25,243 nucleotides of DNA, from positions 248,001 to 273,243 of the forward strand of contig NGBS01000297.1 in assembly GCA_002245135.1 (NCBI GenBank), in the 5' to 3' direction. The translations under genes were made by a program, and so were the position numbers. Position 1 is the first letter of the stretch. Each line of letters begins with the position of its first letter. The notes beneath the pieces are model-generated. The model did not search any database and was not told where the DNA came from. It saw only the letters and a list, made by a program, of their open reading frames with translations. This document shows, piece after piece, positions 1 through 11,059 of this stretch. The stretch comes from Proteromonas lacertae (taxonomy: Eukaryota).

Positions 1-983
1 TCTTCACTTTCATCAGATCCAATTTTTGCTATCACACATTTATCACCTTGTTTATATATACACCTATCACCTTTTTTGAATTGGTTGTACAATCTAATGT
101 CTTTACATTTAATATAATTATCATAATCTCTAATTTTGAATTCTATAATACCATCATCTATTAAGGATTCAATATACTTTTCATACACAAAATGTTCAAC
201 TTTATCATCATAGAAATTACATTTTAATAATTTTTCATCCATATTGTCTATATTACACAATTCTATGTGTTTCTCAACTAGACTTGTATTGTCACAATTA
301 TCATCAATTTCATTCAACATTCTTTCATAGATTTTATAGTCGTCTATCAAATTATTTTTTATTTCATTTAACTTTTCATTTAAATAACTACATTTTTCTA
401 TATCATTATCATATATCCTTAATAAATCATATCTATTAACTATAAATAAACAATATACATATTTCCTTCAACTTTATTTCTATATATTTTCAGTATTTCT
501 GTATCATTTATTCTTTTGGAATACTCTTCTTCGTTTTGTTTGATTAAAGATGTGTAATAATCATAAATGATATTGTTGAATGTGATTTTGTTTATCAAAT
601 ATTTGTAATTGGAAAAATATATCAATGTCTTTAATAAACGATTTATTAATCTCATTATATAGTCATTACATTCCATTGAGTCATTCTTTTCTACTTTTAA
701 TAATTTGTTTATTATTATTTTCAGTATTTCATTTTCAATCTCGAAATTTTTGAATCTATTTTCTTTCATCATATCACTCATTTTACACATTATTGTCAAT
801 AAGTTTTCTATTATTTCTTTCAGATTATATACATCTATGTAATTGGTGTTGGTGATTGGATCATTATTGATATAAAGATTATTCACATTGATATTGTAAC
901 TATTAAAATATTCACTCATTAAACTTATCTCTCCTTTCATTTTAGGAAATAATTCGATTATCTAATATCATTAATATATCATC

Positions 984-1014
<31 letters not shown>

Positions 1015-1342
1015 GAATTTTAGATATATGTTTCAGTTGAAGTATTTTCTTTTTTATATCTCTCAAACTCATTTTACTGTCTATCTTATTGTACATATAT
1101 CTATTTAATGTATTTTCTTCTTTCAATATGAATGGATATTCATTTAAGTATAATTTCTTATAATATATTTTATGCTATTTCATTTTATTATTATTATATA
1201 TATATATTATACTTTTATTGAATACAATAATGATAAATCTATCACTCTCTTTTCTTTCATCTCTTGCATTTTCATCAAGTTCTCTTTACAACTCTCATCA
1301 TCATAACATAATATTTCATTTATTAATTCTTTTCTATTTAAA

Positions 1343-1373
<31 letters not shown>

Positions 1374-4294
1374 CAAGTTTAATTCATCTATCTCTTTTAT
1401 TGACAGTATTGAATTCATCTCATTCAAATAATTATAATTCTCTTTTAGTTCACATAGTTTGTTTATATTTATATCATATATATTCTCATTCTTCTTTTCT
1501 ATATCATCTAAGTCAATTATTAGCTTGCTTTCTCGAAGTTCATATTCATTTCTCATTAATATGTTCTTTAACATATTTCTATTCATTATATTCATCAAAT
1601 ATATACATATGTATATCCATTTTGGGAATTATATCTCTCACATATTTTACTTCTATCTCATCTAATACTCTTTCTAATATCGTATTTATTGTATTATCAT
1701 CATAGTCTTCTTCTTTCAGTAATACACTTATATCAGTCTCTTTTAAACTGAATTTGTTTATTTCATTTATATTATTCTTTAATTCTTCTTTTATATTATT
1801 CACATTTTTCCAATTATCTAAAAATTGATTTATCTTTTTTAATTTGGTTAGTAGAATCTCAAGTATTTCTTGATCACTCTTTTGTAAATCTAAATTGTTC
1901 ATTTCTATGTATAGTTTCAATAATATTGATTTGTTTATTAGATTAAATCTATCTTTTTCTTCTAATTTATACATTTCTTCTTTTATCGTATTATATTTTA
2001 TCATTTTTAGCTTTATCTCATTTATCTATTATTCATTACATTATATTAACATATATATATATATATATATATATATTCATACATTCTCATTACATATATT
2101 ACATATTATACTCTCTTTATAGTTGTTTAGTATTATATCACTTTTCTCTAGTAACATTTCACAGTCTAATTCTTTCAGTATTTCCATTTTACTTTTATAT
2201 TCTTCCATTGAATATTCCATTGAAGGTATTTCATCTTTTAAATCTATATCATTATTTTTCTCATATTCTATTAGATTTAATAGTTTTAAATAGTTTAGAT
2301 TATCTTTCATGATTTTCATTAATTTTTCATTTTCTTCTTTCTTTTCTAACATCTCACTTATATCTTTCAATATTATATCATTATAATCATTGATATAACT
2401 CTATATATATATATATATTATAATTATCATTTTAATATATACATTTATTTCTTTATTACACTCATTCATATCTTCGATTGTTGTATTTTCTGATAAGATC
2501 TTATTCTCATTTTTTTTCATTTCATCATATGATTCTTCATATCTGTTGAATAATTCGGAATAAACGTCATTGTCATATAACTTGTATGTATTGAGTTTGA
2601 TGAAGATATAATCCCTAAATAATAATAACTATACTAATAATTCATACAGACATGAAAGCTGGTTATAAGTATTCTTTGAAGAATGGCAGTAATTAAATGA
2701 GTTCATTAACAACATGTCTAATTTTAAGATATATTTTATAGGTTCTTCATATTCTAAGAATTTGTAATTCTTGTGTTTATTTGATACTTCAATACTATTC
2801 ACAAATTCTTTAAAATACTCAAAATTTCTGTTTTCTTCTATACTTTTGACTATTTGATTGAATGATTCATCTGAAAGTAAATCATTATAAAACATTAAAC
2901 AAAAGTATAATTTAGCTTTATTACAATCTTTTTCTTCCTTATATTTTTCTATCAACTCTTTTGATCTTTTATTCTTTAATCTTATTGAATCCAACTGAAC
3001 ACAATGATAGTTCCATCTTCCCTCATAGATCATATTATAATAATCTGCCCCATATGAATTAGCTTCATCATAATTTAAAGTTTTCTCTATCTTATATTCT
3101 ATACCTAACGATTGCATGTATTGTTCAATGGCTTTTTGAATGAATGGAATTCTAACTGATCCTCCTAAGATTACTACATTACATTCATTAAAATTTGACA
3201 TTGTTTTTCCTTCAATAGTAATTGCTCTTTTTATGAGATATTTTAATCTTATATTGACAAATTTAGAGTTTAATAAATCATTCAATTCATCTATTCTAAA
3301 AACTCCACTATAATCACCTTCTTCATAAATATCATCAATCTCCACAGCAATCTAAATTGAGAATAATCAATAATTATACTTCAGAAGCACCATCTGCTGA
3401 TAACTTACATTTACAACTTTCTATTACTTTCTTGATCTTTAATATATTTCTTCTATCATTCTTTAATATATAACCATGTTGTTCACCATATTCATTGATA
3501 TTACTATAGAAGTAATTAAAAAGTATATTATCAATTTCATTACCTCCTAAACTATTATCACTCACATGATTTATTATCTCACATTTACCCTATTCACCAT
3601 TATATTACAATTATATATACTTTCGTATATTCTATTACACTAATCTCACTGTTATTATATCCTATATCCATTAGAATTATCTTTCGATTTTCATTCTCAT
3701 TTAGTTGACTGTCATTTTCATAACCATAACATAAACTACTACTTATATAGTTTGGTATTATTTCGATATTATTTATTCCATTTAAATTATATAAACTATA
3801 TAACAAACTCTGTTTGAATTTGTCTATATAAGATGGAACAGATAAACATAGATTAAAAGGATAATTTATGTCTCTTTTTTTTAATTGTTCCATTATTTTA
3901 TTTATAAACATGTATTCTATTTGATCAATCGTATATATAGTATTATCAACATAAAATCCTATTCCATTAACACCTATATTAATCAACGAATCTGGTGAAT
4001 GTAATGGTATATTCAATATCATTTCTGAGTTTATATTTCCAAATAAATCCAATGGTTTGTGTAGTGTACAATTGCCTTTCATCTATTACCTATTATCTGA
4101 ATATAATACATTGTGTTGGGCTGTTTCTCCAAATAATCTTTCTGTTTCCTCTAATCTTATAATAAAACTATCAAAATGTAGATGAATTTATACGGTGTGG
4201 ATTTCTTAGATAATTCATTTTCTATTATGATTGTTGGATGTTTACTAGTCAAAACGTATTTACTTCCACCAAAATCACATCCTACACACTCCAT
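1..4294 (-). CDS. Host spliced gene: divergent Hsp70/Hsp110-family nucleotide-binding domain plus long N/E/K-rich helical extension; 3' end lies beyond the window
   Basis: ATG at 4294 (MECVGCDFGGS). Hsp70 motifs: TPFIIRLEETERLFGE, IILMDIGYNNSEISV, LGGNEID, CKCKLS, VVILGGSVRIPFIQ, TLNYDEANSYGA. One open frame results after removing GTAT..TAG introns at 4168-4193, 4083-4109, 3590-3620, 3352-3379, 2615-2647, 2401-2442, 2026-2082, 1579-1606, 1334-1374, 1175-1212, 962-1009 and 433-458 (about 1290 codons in the window). Confidence 0.88.
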
Positions 4295-4411
4295 AAAACA
4301 AAAAATATGAAAAAGAGTCAAACTTGTTTGTTAATCTATTTTGATTTGTTACAGTTATTATTGAATATGTCTCAAGATTGTATAGTTGGATGTGATTCAT
4401 AATAATGAAAG

Positions 4412-4479
4412 AAAGGGGGAAATGAGTACAATTTGAAACCCCTATTTTTTTTGTATTTTTTGTATTGATTTCCCCCTAT
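4412..4479 (+). repeat. Direct repeat copy 1 (~68 bp) with internal 18-bp imperfect inverted arms
   Basis: aaagggggaaatgagtacaatttgaaacccct...ttgtattgatttccccctat recurs at 19396-19462 with one substitution and one T-run indel. Arms 4414-4431 and 4460-4477 are 16/18 complementary. Confidence 0.95.
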
Positions 4480-4526
4480 TGTTTTTTCACCCTTAGAAAC
4501 ATAATTAAACAATAAAAATAATACCA

Positions 4527-4555
4527 ATCGATTCAGCTCATCATGCTGAATCGAT
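4527..4555. repeat. Perfect 11-bp inverted repeat, 7-nt loop
   Basis: atcgattcagc-tcatcat-gctgaatcgat. Confidence 0.9.
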
Positions 4556-4560
4556 ATAAA

Positions 4561-4631
4561 CCAAAAAAATGGATCCTTTACTCGATCGTGAAATGGATTT
4601 CACGATCGAGTAAAGGACCCATTTTTTTTGG
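4561..4631. repeat. Near-perfect ~34-bp inverted repeat with 2-nt loop
   Basis: ccaaaaaaatggatcctttactcgatcgtgaaat-gg-atttcacgatcgagtaaaggacccattttttttgg. Confidence 0.95.
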
Positions 4632-4747
4632 GTTCATTTGAATTATGATTTTATGATTTTTATTATAACCCCATAAAAACAATAATAATAAAATATATGA
4701 TTTAATTTTGATTATGATTTTATATGACTTAATTAGCAGTCATTATA

Positions 4748-5005
4748 TCAATCAATATCAATCACATCCATATCATCATCATCTTCAAATCTCTTTCTTT
4801 TTCTTTTTGTTTCTTCTTCATGTTTTTCAACATCATGATGATCATCTTCTTCTTCTTTATATATATAAATTATTTCTTGCTTCATTTGTCTATGACAAAT
4901 GATATCATCGTTAGGGTTAGCTTGATCCTCGCTTTGAAAGCCAGATGGTAGATCGCCATCGCCCCATTCACTTAGCTCATCTCCACATAACTTTTTCAGA
5001 TCCAT
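4748..5005 (-). CDS. Small acidic hypothetical viral protein with NLS-like KRKRKR
   Basis: 85-aa ATG ORF with protein-like composition and a T-rich leader. Confidence 0.6.
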   Translation of the reverse strand: MDLKKLCGDELSEWGDGDLPSGFQSEDQANPNDDIICHRQMKQEIIYIYKEEEDDHHDVEKHEEETKRKRKRFEDDDDMDVIDID

Positions 5006-5422
5006 ATTTTAGGGTTAAAAAAATAAATTAAAATAATACAAAAATACTAATGTATTATATGTATTATTTTACTTGTATTTTATGTACTCTTTATTGAGAT
5101 TGAATTGACTTTAGCTAACTATAATTTATATATACTTACTAGGGTATATACCCATCTCAATTATATCAATATCTTATTTCAGGCAATAATCTAAATCATC
5201 TTTGATTATGAAACATATATGAAATCTAACTACATCAATCGATTGCTCATGATATGCCATATAATAAGAAACACATCAGATTATTCATTATGTCAATGGA
5301 TCGTGAGATATTATTTTTTTTTAACAAACCTCAAACATTTGTATTACTAAACAAACAATAACTTTATTGATTAGACCCATAAAAATTTAATAATATATAT
5401 AATAGCAAAAAATACAAAGAAT

Positions 5423-5920
5423 ATGCCTGACCATTTAACATATAATATGCTTAGACAACCTAACGGTGAATATGCTTTTTACATTCATAGATATAGAGAC
5501 AATAGAGCACATAGATGGGTCATTCAATTTCCAATTAAAACAATGAAAATATTAAAAAGAAATAAAGTAAAGGTGTTTATATGTGGTTCACTCAGAACTA
5601 ATAGAAATGATCCAGAAGCACTAGGTGATTATAGACATCATGGCGATCAATTAATGATAAACCTCAAAACCTATGGGTATGACAGAAGAGCTTCAATATT
5701 AGTAATGAATAGAAAATTAAGAAATGGAGAACATGAGTATGCAGATGGTGATTGCATTCCTCAAAAATTTAAAAAATATGTTTTTCATCATATGAGTTAT
5801 CAATGGAATGGAGGGAATTTTTATCACATACATCCAGTTGATAGAAATGTTGCTGATGGAATTAGTAGTAGTAGTGATAGTAGTGATAGTAGTAGTAGTA
5901 GTAGTAGTGACTCTGATTAA
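5423..5920 (+). CDS. Hypothetical viral protein, basic/His-rich with Ser/Asp tail
   Basis: 165-aa ATG ORF; no family recognised. Confidence 0.75.
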   Translation: MPDHLTYNMLRQPNGEYAFYIHRYRDNRAHRWVIQFPIKTMKILKRNKVKVFICGSLRTNRNDPEALGDYRHHGDQLMINLKTYGYDRRASILVMNRKLRNGEHEYADGDCIPQKFKKYVFHHMSYQWNGGNFYHIHPVDRNVADGISSSSDSSDSSSSSSSDSD

Positions 5921-6031
5921 ATACTTAAAAATTCTATTATTATATATATATATATATGTTTGTTTTTGTTTGATAAACATACTATTAATAGTTACTATAT
6001 TTTAAATAATATCAATTATAAAAATCACAAC

Positions 6032-6415
6032 ATGTCTTATTATGGAGGATGGCCAAAAGGGTTTAAAATTAGTAAAGACTGGAATACATATATTCCTAAA
6101 TCAGTTAATAGGAGTAAATGGAGAAAGAGCTATGATTTGTATAGAGACAAAGTAAAGAATGCACTACAAAACAAAACAAAAGTTAAATTACAATATAGAC
6201 AATTAATGAAAATGTATGAACGATTATTAGCTGCTAATCCACCTAAACAAAGAGGAAGACCAAAAGGAAGTAAAGATAGAGCAAAACGTAAACCAAGACG
6301 AGCAGGGCCACGAGCCGCGCCACGAGCCGGGCCAAAGAATGATCCACATCGTATTGTTGTGCATAATGGCAGGCATTATCAGTATGGTATTCCAGTTCCT
6401 AATATGGATAATTAA
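6032..6415 (+). CDS. Basic AT-hook DNA-binding protein (candidate core/chromatin protein)
   Basis: First ATG at 6032. PPKQRGRPKGSKDR matches the HMGA-type AT-hook (RGRPKGSK) and is followed by PRA repeats. Confidence 0.75.
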   Translation: MSYYGGWPKGFKISKDWNTYIPKSVNRSKWRKSYDLYRDKVKNALQNKTKVKLQYRQLMKMYERLLAANPPKQRGRPKGSKDRAKRKPRRAGPRAAPRAGPKNDPHRIVVHNGRHYQYGIPVPNMDN

Positions 6416-6491
6416 AATAATTCTTTATATATAATTTTTATGTAATGTTATGTGTGTTTGTTTTTTGGTGTTTGGTACTGCTATATCCGGC

Positions 6492-6580
6492 GGCCACTTG
6501 ACAACTTGAATTGTAATATAAGTTACAACTGGGGCCACTTGACAACTTGAATTGTAATATAAGTTACAACTTGGGCCAGT
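6492..6580. repeat. 41-bp-period tandem repeat (2 copies plus the degenerate start of a third)
   Basis: ggccacttgacaacttgaattgtaatataagttacaact at 6492 and 6533; ggcca again at 6574. Confidence 0.93.
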
Positions 6581-6647
6581 TGTAAGATACAAGTTTAACC
6601 AAAAGAAACATAATATAATATAATATAATATAAAAAAGCGAAATAAA

Positions 6648-6884
6648 TTAAATAGTCATTTTCCTTTGTTTAGTGATTTCAATAAGAGACTGAATATCCT
6701 TAAGTGTCTTATCATGTTCTAACCCTTTATTCATCATGGCATCTATATTATTTCTAAGTTCTTCTATGTCTGTATTGTTTGGAATACAATTGTGTGCCTT
6801 TAAGTATTTGAAAAGAGCCAAAGCTATCATATACAATACAAATACGAGAACTGAAAGCAAAACAGTTATTACATCAAAGTCCAT
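6648..6884 (-). CDS. Small membrane protein (N-terminal TM helix plus coiled coil)
   Basis: VITVLLSVLVFVLYMIALALF is followed by heptad-like IEELRNNIDAM..LKDIQSLIE. Confidence 0.7.
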   Translation of the reverse strand: MDFDVITVLLSVLVFVLYMIALALFKYLKAHNCIPNNTDIEELRNNIDAMMNKGLEHDKTLKDIQSLIEITKQRKMTI

Positions 6885-6951
6885 GTGTGTTTATGAGAAT
6901 CTTATATAAGAAAACAAAATTAATCAAAGTAATGTATTTATTATCAATAAA

Positions 6952-7551
6952 CTAACTTACAAGACATTGGTTATTATTAATATATTCATCCTTAATGGAT
7001 CTTGGTGATATTGGAGATAAGTCATAATCTGTGAGATTGACATTGTCATTGTCATTTTCAAGCTTGACTTGTATTTCTTCTATTTCTTTATTATCATTAG
7101 GAGGAGGAGGAGGAGGTAATATATTAGCTTCATGATTCATCATAATAATACTTTCTAATAATTGATGAGTTTTTTCAAAAGATGGGTTTCTTTTCTCCTT
7201 AATCTTGTTAACACACTCAAGGAACATATTAGGTGTAATGCGCACAGTCTCATCTACATCAGAAATACCTAATCGTTGAATTAATTTCTCTTTACTCTCA
7301 TCCCACCAACATCCATTTTTGAATCTATATTCCAAGTCTAATCTATACTGTTCATCGACGTATTTGAGTATATATCTGATCTCACTATAAGTTAATTCCT
7401 TTTTCTCGCCACATATCAAATTCCATAATTTCGATTTGGTTGGTGCCCTCATTTTGCCATCCTTTCTAAAGCAATTAATGAGTATTTGTTTATCAGAGTT
7501 CCAAAAGTTATATGGCACTGTTCTAAATTTGTGCTCCTGATCGTTATTCAT
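6952..7551 (-). CDS. Hypothetical viral protein
   Basis: 199-aa ATG ORF transcribed divergently from the penton gene. Confidence 0.75.
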   Translation of the reverse strand: MNNDQEHKFRTVPYNFWNSDKQILINCFRKDGKMRAPTKSKLWNLICGEKKELTYSEIRYILKYVDEQYRLDLEYRFKNGCWWDESKEKLIQRLGISDVDETVRITPNMFLECVNKIKEKRNPSFEKTHQLLESIIMMNHEANILPPPPPPNDNKEIEEIQVKLENDNDNVNLTDYDLSPISPRSIKDEYINNNQCLVS

Positions 7552-7583
7552 TTTTAAAAAATAAAAGTGTAATTAATACTAAT

Positions 7584-7604
7584 AATGACAATATTGACAT
7601 TATT
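7584..7604. promoter_or_regulatory. Putative bidirectional promoter motif (copy at 14875-14895)
   Basis: aatgacaatattgacattatt vs aatgacaatattgatattatt (20/21). Both lie between divergent start codons; palindromic core caatattg. Confidence 0.55.
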
Positions 7605-7636
7605 AACGAATTTATTTTCAAAATAGATTTTATCTT

Positions 7637-8596
7637 ATGTTAGTTTCGAATCATCGTGTATACTACTTAAATTCTGATATGATTGTATTATCTGATTCCA
7701 TGGGTGGAGGAAACAAGTATAAGAAGACATTAAAATTGCAATCATTCGATGATGATTATACTCATGTCAGCTTATTACATGCTGTTATACCCAATTCATT
7801 CCCAACTATACAGGAAGAAACAAATGATGAGTTTTCATTAGTATTCACATTGGGATGGAGACATGATGTTCAAGTAGATGCACCAAAGTATCCAAACATC
7901 ATAAAACACCTCAAAATACCAGAAGGATTCTATGATGAAACTCAGATATTAAGTATGATTAATAATTTAGTAAAAAATATGACATATGATGTTTTTGGAA
8001 TAAATGATGCTGCATATAATGAAGAAGGTTCACATGTGTCTATTATACAAGGAAAAGGAGATTTATTTCGTATAGACAATTTCGATGATAATCAAACATA
8101 TCATATTGAGGTAGCTAATGATATGAATATTATATACTATCAAAAAGACCCAGTATATTGGATAGAAAAATTAGAGATCATCACCAAAGATCTTAGTTAC
8201 AAAATATTAGGTATACCTAAAAACAATTACTGGTGTTGTTTTAAAGAATATATTCCATCTGAAGAACCAGAGAATCAACAAGAAATTATGGTTAAGCCAT
8301 TCCCATTTACTCAATTACCATTTCGTCCTTCTTTGATATGGGTTAATTCTATATCTATTAGATTAGACATAGTGAATATTATGCAGGATTCAAATGTATT
8401 AGAAAATATACCCGTTTCAAATCCTGAGTTACCATTTATTACATATCAGAATAATGACATATTGAATACATCGAAGAGATTTAATAATACCTATAGCAAT
8501 GGTATGATCACTATTCAGATTACTCAACAAAATGGTTATGAACTTAATCTTGATAATATTGAGTTTAATTTAGATATTGTTGTATTTAAAGTCTAA
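7637..8596 (+). CDS. Minor capsid protein (penton, single jelly roll)
   Basis: Motifs YYLNSD, VSLLHAVIPNSFPTI, LKIPEGFYD, VLENIPV and ITIQITQQNGYELNLDNIEFNLDIVV are typical of PLV/virophage/Polinton pentons; the gene sits directly upstream of the MCP. Confidence 0.85.
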   Translation: MLVSNHRVYYLNSDMIVLSDSMGGGNKYKKTLKLQSFDDDYTHVSLLHAVIPNSFPTIQEETNDEFSLVFTLGWRHDVQVDAPKYPNIIKHLKIPEGFYDETQILSMINNLVKNMTYDVFGINDAAYNEEGSHVSIIQGKGDLFRIDNFDDNQTYHIEVANDMNIIYYQKDPVYWIEKLEIITKDLSYKILGIPKNNYWCCFKEYIPSEEPENQQEIMVKPFPFTQLPFRPSLIWVNSISIRLDIVNIMQDSNVLENIPVSNPELPFITYQNNDILNTSKRFNNTYSNGMITIQITQQNGYELNLDNIEFNLDIVVFKV

Positions 8597-8627
8597 TTTT
8601 TTTATTTCTTTATTCTTTTGTTTTCTA

Positions 8628-10085
8628 ATGGCTTTATCTATTCCAAAAGAACAGAAACATGGTGTAGATGTCCCTGTGATGCTACCCTTCTATAATTATG
8701 TGAGATTGTCTCCGATGGGATCAACATCAGAATACAAGTTGGATACAAATACTTATTCAGAAGAGATTAGATGGGAGATAAGTGGAGATAATATTATCAA
8801 TTTAGCTAAGTCATATATCCAATTCGATATCGAAGTAAAATTAAATCCTTATGATGATGGTACCTATGCAAGCGATGGTAGTACTGGTAATTTAGTCGGT
8901 AAAGGTTTATATCCGAGTATGATAAAAGGAATTAAAGAAGGGTTTGGCTTGGCCTCTTTTAGAATTTGTAATCAGACCGGAACAGATCTGGTCAAGCTTG
9001 ATGATTCGTATGAACCATATCGTGTATTTATGGACGAATTAGTTAGAAAGAGATCTGATATATTCTATCAAGACAATTACTATGATGGAATACAATTAGA
9101 TTGGGATGATGATAATCATAATTATAAAGTTCAAGATATCAATAAGTGGAAAGTAGAACCTAGTACACAATATGTTGAATTAAAAGCTAGTACTAGTGCA
9201 TCTACAGCAACAGCATATGCAGTTCAGTATAAAGATTCAGTTATATTACATTTCAAATTACAATTAGGTAAATTTTACAATACATTTGCTGCATTAAAGA
9301 GCGATGTATTCTTTGGAGAGAGAATGTATATATGCATTCGTTTTCAAACCACAAGTAATTATGGTTTATTAAAAGCATATACACCAGATGAATATGCAAG
9401 AATGAAAAATGATAAAACAAAAGATAATGTAAACTATACAGTATCACATGCAGAAGTTGATATAAATGAAGCAATATTCAAGAATTTCAAATTCTATGCT
9501 TATATCAACAAGGATACTCAATGCAACAACAATACCAAACAATACTGCTTATCAAAACCTATTCAATTCAATGATTTTAGATGTCATCAAATTAAAATAC
9601 CATCAGGTGGATCTGGCATATTCAATTATTCATTCACATTGAATAGTTCCAATGGACCATTTGTTCGTTACATAATCTATAGGCCATGGATAGAATCATT
9701 AAAAAGATATGCACATGTACCTGAAAATGCACAATTCAGATGGATGATCAATGATTTTGTATATCAGCCAGATTATACACTTATGCAATATTATGATAGC
9801 TATATGACTGTCCGTGAATATTTCCAAGACTCATGGTATGATATATTCAGAAAAGATGAAAAATTCAATGACAAGTTCTTTGAGATATTGAATTTTGGCT
9901 CTAAGGATTTGGACAATATTAAGAACCAGGCAGGTAGACCTTTGGCTACTGATTTGAAAATAACCTTTGAATTTTCAACACCTGGTACAAATGACTTTAC
10001 TAATAATGATATCACTCATCGTTTCTATATCATCACTGGACGTATGGTCACTATTAATGGAAGTGGTATTGTAAGTGTAGTTTAA
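8628..10085 (+). CDS. Major capsid protein (double jelly roll)
   Basis: 485 aa from the first ATG. YVRLSP...EEIRWEISGDNIINLAKSYIQFDIEV resembles the Polinton/PLV MCP N-terminus; beta-rich; C-terminal MVTINGSGIVSVV; lies between penton and ATPase. Confidence 0.85.
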   Translation: MALSIPKEQKHGVDVPVMLPFYNYVRLSPMGSTSEYKLDTNTYSEEIRWEISGDNIINLAKSYIQFDIEVKLNPYDDGTYASDGSTGNLVGKGLYPSMIKGIKEGFGLASFRICNQTGTDLVKLDDSYEPYRVFMDELVRKRSDIFYQDNYYDGIQLDWDDDNHNYKVQDINKWKVEPSTQYVELKASTSASTATAYAVQYKDSVILHFKLQLGKFYNTFAALKSDVFFGERMYICIRFQTTSNYGLLKAYTPDEYARMKNDKTKDNVNYTVSHAEVDINEAIFKNFKFYAYINKDTQCNNNTKQYCLSKPIQFNDFRCHQIKIPSGGSGIFNYSFTLNSSNGPFVRYIIYRPWIESLKRYAHVPENAQFRWMINDFVYQPDYTLMQYYDSYMTVREYFQDSWYDIFRKDEKFNDKFFEILNFGSKDLDNIKNQAGRPLATDLKITFEFSTPGTNDFTNNDITHRFYIITGRMVTINGSGIVSVV

Positions 10086-10093
10086 AAATAATC

Positions 10094-10117
10094 ATAATAT
10101 CGATAACGGCTATATTT
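10094..10117 (+). promoter_or_regulatory. Putative promoter motif upstream of the ATPase (copy at 17632-17655)
   Basis: ataatatcgataacggctatattt vs ataatatcaataacggctatattt (23/24). Confidence 0.6.
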
Positions 10118-10146
10118 CTTATAATTATGTTTTTGTTATTTTTGTT

Positions 10147-11004
10147 ATGAGTAAAGTTAATTTAGAAAAAATAAACAACATAGTCATAAATCCTGTTGAG
10201 ACAGTAGTCAAAGGATGTGGAAAACGCTCCAAAGATAGTGTCCTTGGATATGACTATTTCCAGGAGCCATTCTGCAACATATTTATTTTAGCTAAGAAAA
10301 ACAGTGGTAAGACTACACTTATATTTAATATGATCCAACACTTGCTAAAAAAGGGATATGACCAAGTAGTGTATTTTTTCGTTGCAACTATATCCAAGGA
10401 TATCATATATGAGAAAATCACTGATATGCTCAAGTATAACCAAATTGAGTACCATTGCTATGATTCAGTAGTGAATGAAGATAGAGTGAATATATTGGAT
10501 GCAGTATTAGATAATATCAAAGATATAGACAAAGATAATTATGATTACCCAGAGAATATATTTATATTCGATGATATATCATTCGATTTAAGAAATAAAT
10601 CCGTTTCTAAATTACTTAAGTCAAACCGTCATTACAAGTCAAAAGTAATTATATCAAGTCAATATGTCACTGACATTACTCCCTCTGTTCGTTTACAGCT
10701 TGATTACTGTTTGGTATTCAAAAACCTGAGTATGGCTAATTTACGAAATCTGTATGCAAGTTTAGATATATGGATCGATTTTGATGTTTTCAAATCATAT
10801 TATGATTATGCAACTAAACAGAGTAATCACTCATTTTTATATATCGATTTATATAATCATGAATTTAGAGTGAATTTTGATAGCAGAATTAGAGATAATA
10901 GTAATAATAGCTATAATCACAATAATAAATATGATCACCTCATTTCCTATAGCAGCGATGATGAGTCCACTGATTCATCAAGTTATCCCAGCGATTCGGA
11001 ATAA
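10147..11004 (+). CDS. A32/FtsK-HerA family genome-packaging ATPase
   Basis: Walker A variant AKKNSGKTT, Walker B IFIFDD, NRHY arginine motif, IISSQY, PSVRLQ and HSFLYID. Confidence 0.93.
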   Translation: MSKVNLEKINNIVINPVETVVKGCGKRSKDSVLGYDYFQEPFCNIFILAKKNSGKTTLIFNMIQHLLKKGYDQVVYFFVATISKDIIYEKITDMLKYNQIEYHCYDSVVNEDRVNILDAVLDNIKDIDKDNYDYPENIFIFDDISFDLRNKSVSKLLKSNRHYKSKVIISSQYVTDITPSVRLQLDYCLVFKNLSMANLRNLYASLDIWIDFDVFKSYYDYATKQSNHSFLYIDLYNHEFRVNFDSRIRDNSNNSYNHNNKYDHLISYSSDDESTDSSSYPSDSE

Positions 11005-11059
11005 TAATAATCCCCATATTGTCACTAATATAATTTTTTTGTTTATTTTGCTATATTTT

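Noticed and set aside
1400..2122. Plus-strand ORFs opposite the host gene
   Set aside because: Antisense shadows of AT-rich exons with I/F/S/L-biased composition.
984..2420. (AT)n microsatellites
   Set aside because: They fall inside host introns; ordinary simple repeats.
4300..4411. Canonical Polinton terminus (AG-repeat TIR start, 6-bp TSD)
   Set aside because: No such terminus is recognisable and the other end is outside the window, so TIR and TSD cannot be assessed.
4911..4920. Telomere-like TTAGGGTTAG
   Set aside because: Fewer than two units, inside a coding region.
5717..6005. Poly-Thr and poly-Val ORFs
   Set aside because: Alternative frames of the AGT repeat that encodes the Ser-rich tail of 5423-5920.
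6492..6580. CRISPR-like array
   Set aside because: Units are adjacent with no unique spacers, there are no cas genes, and the context is eukaryotic.
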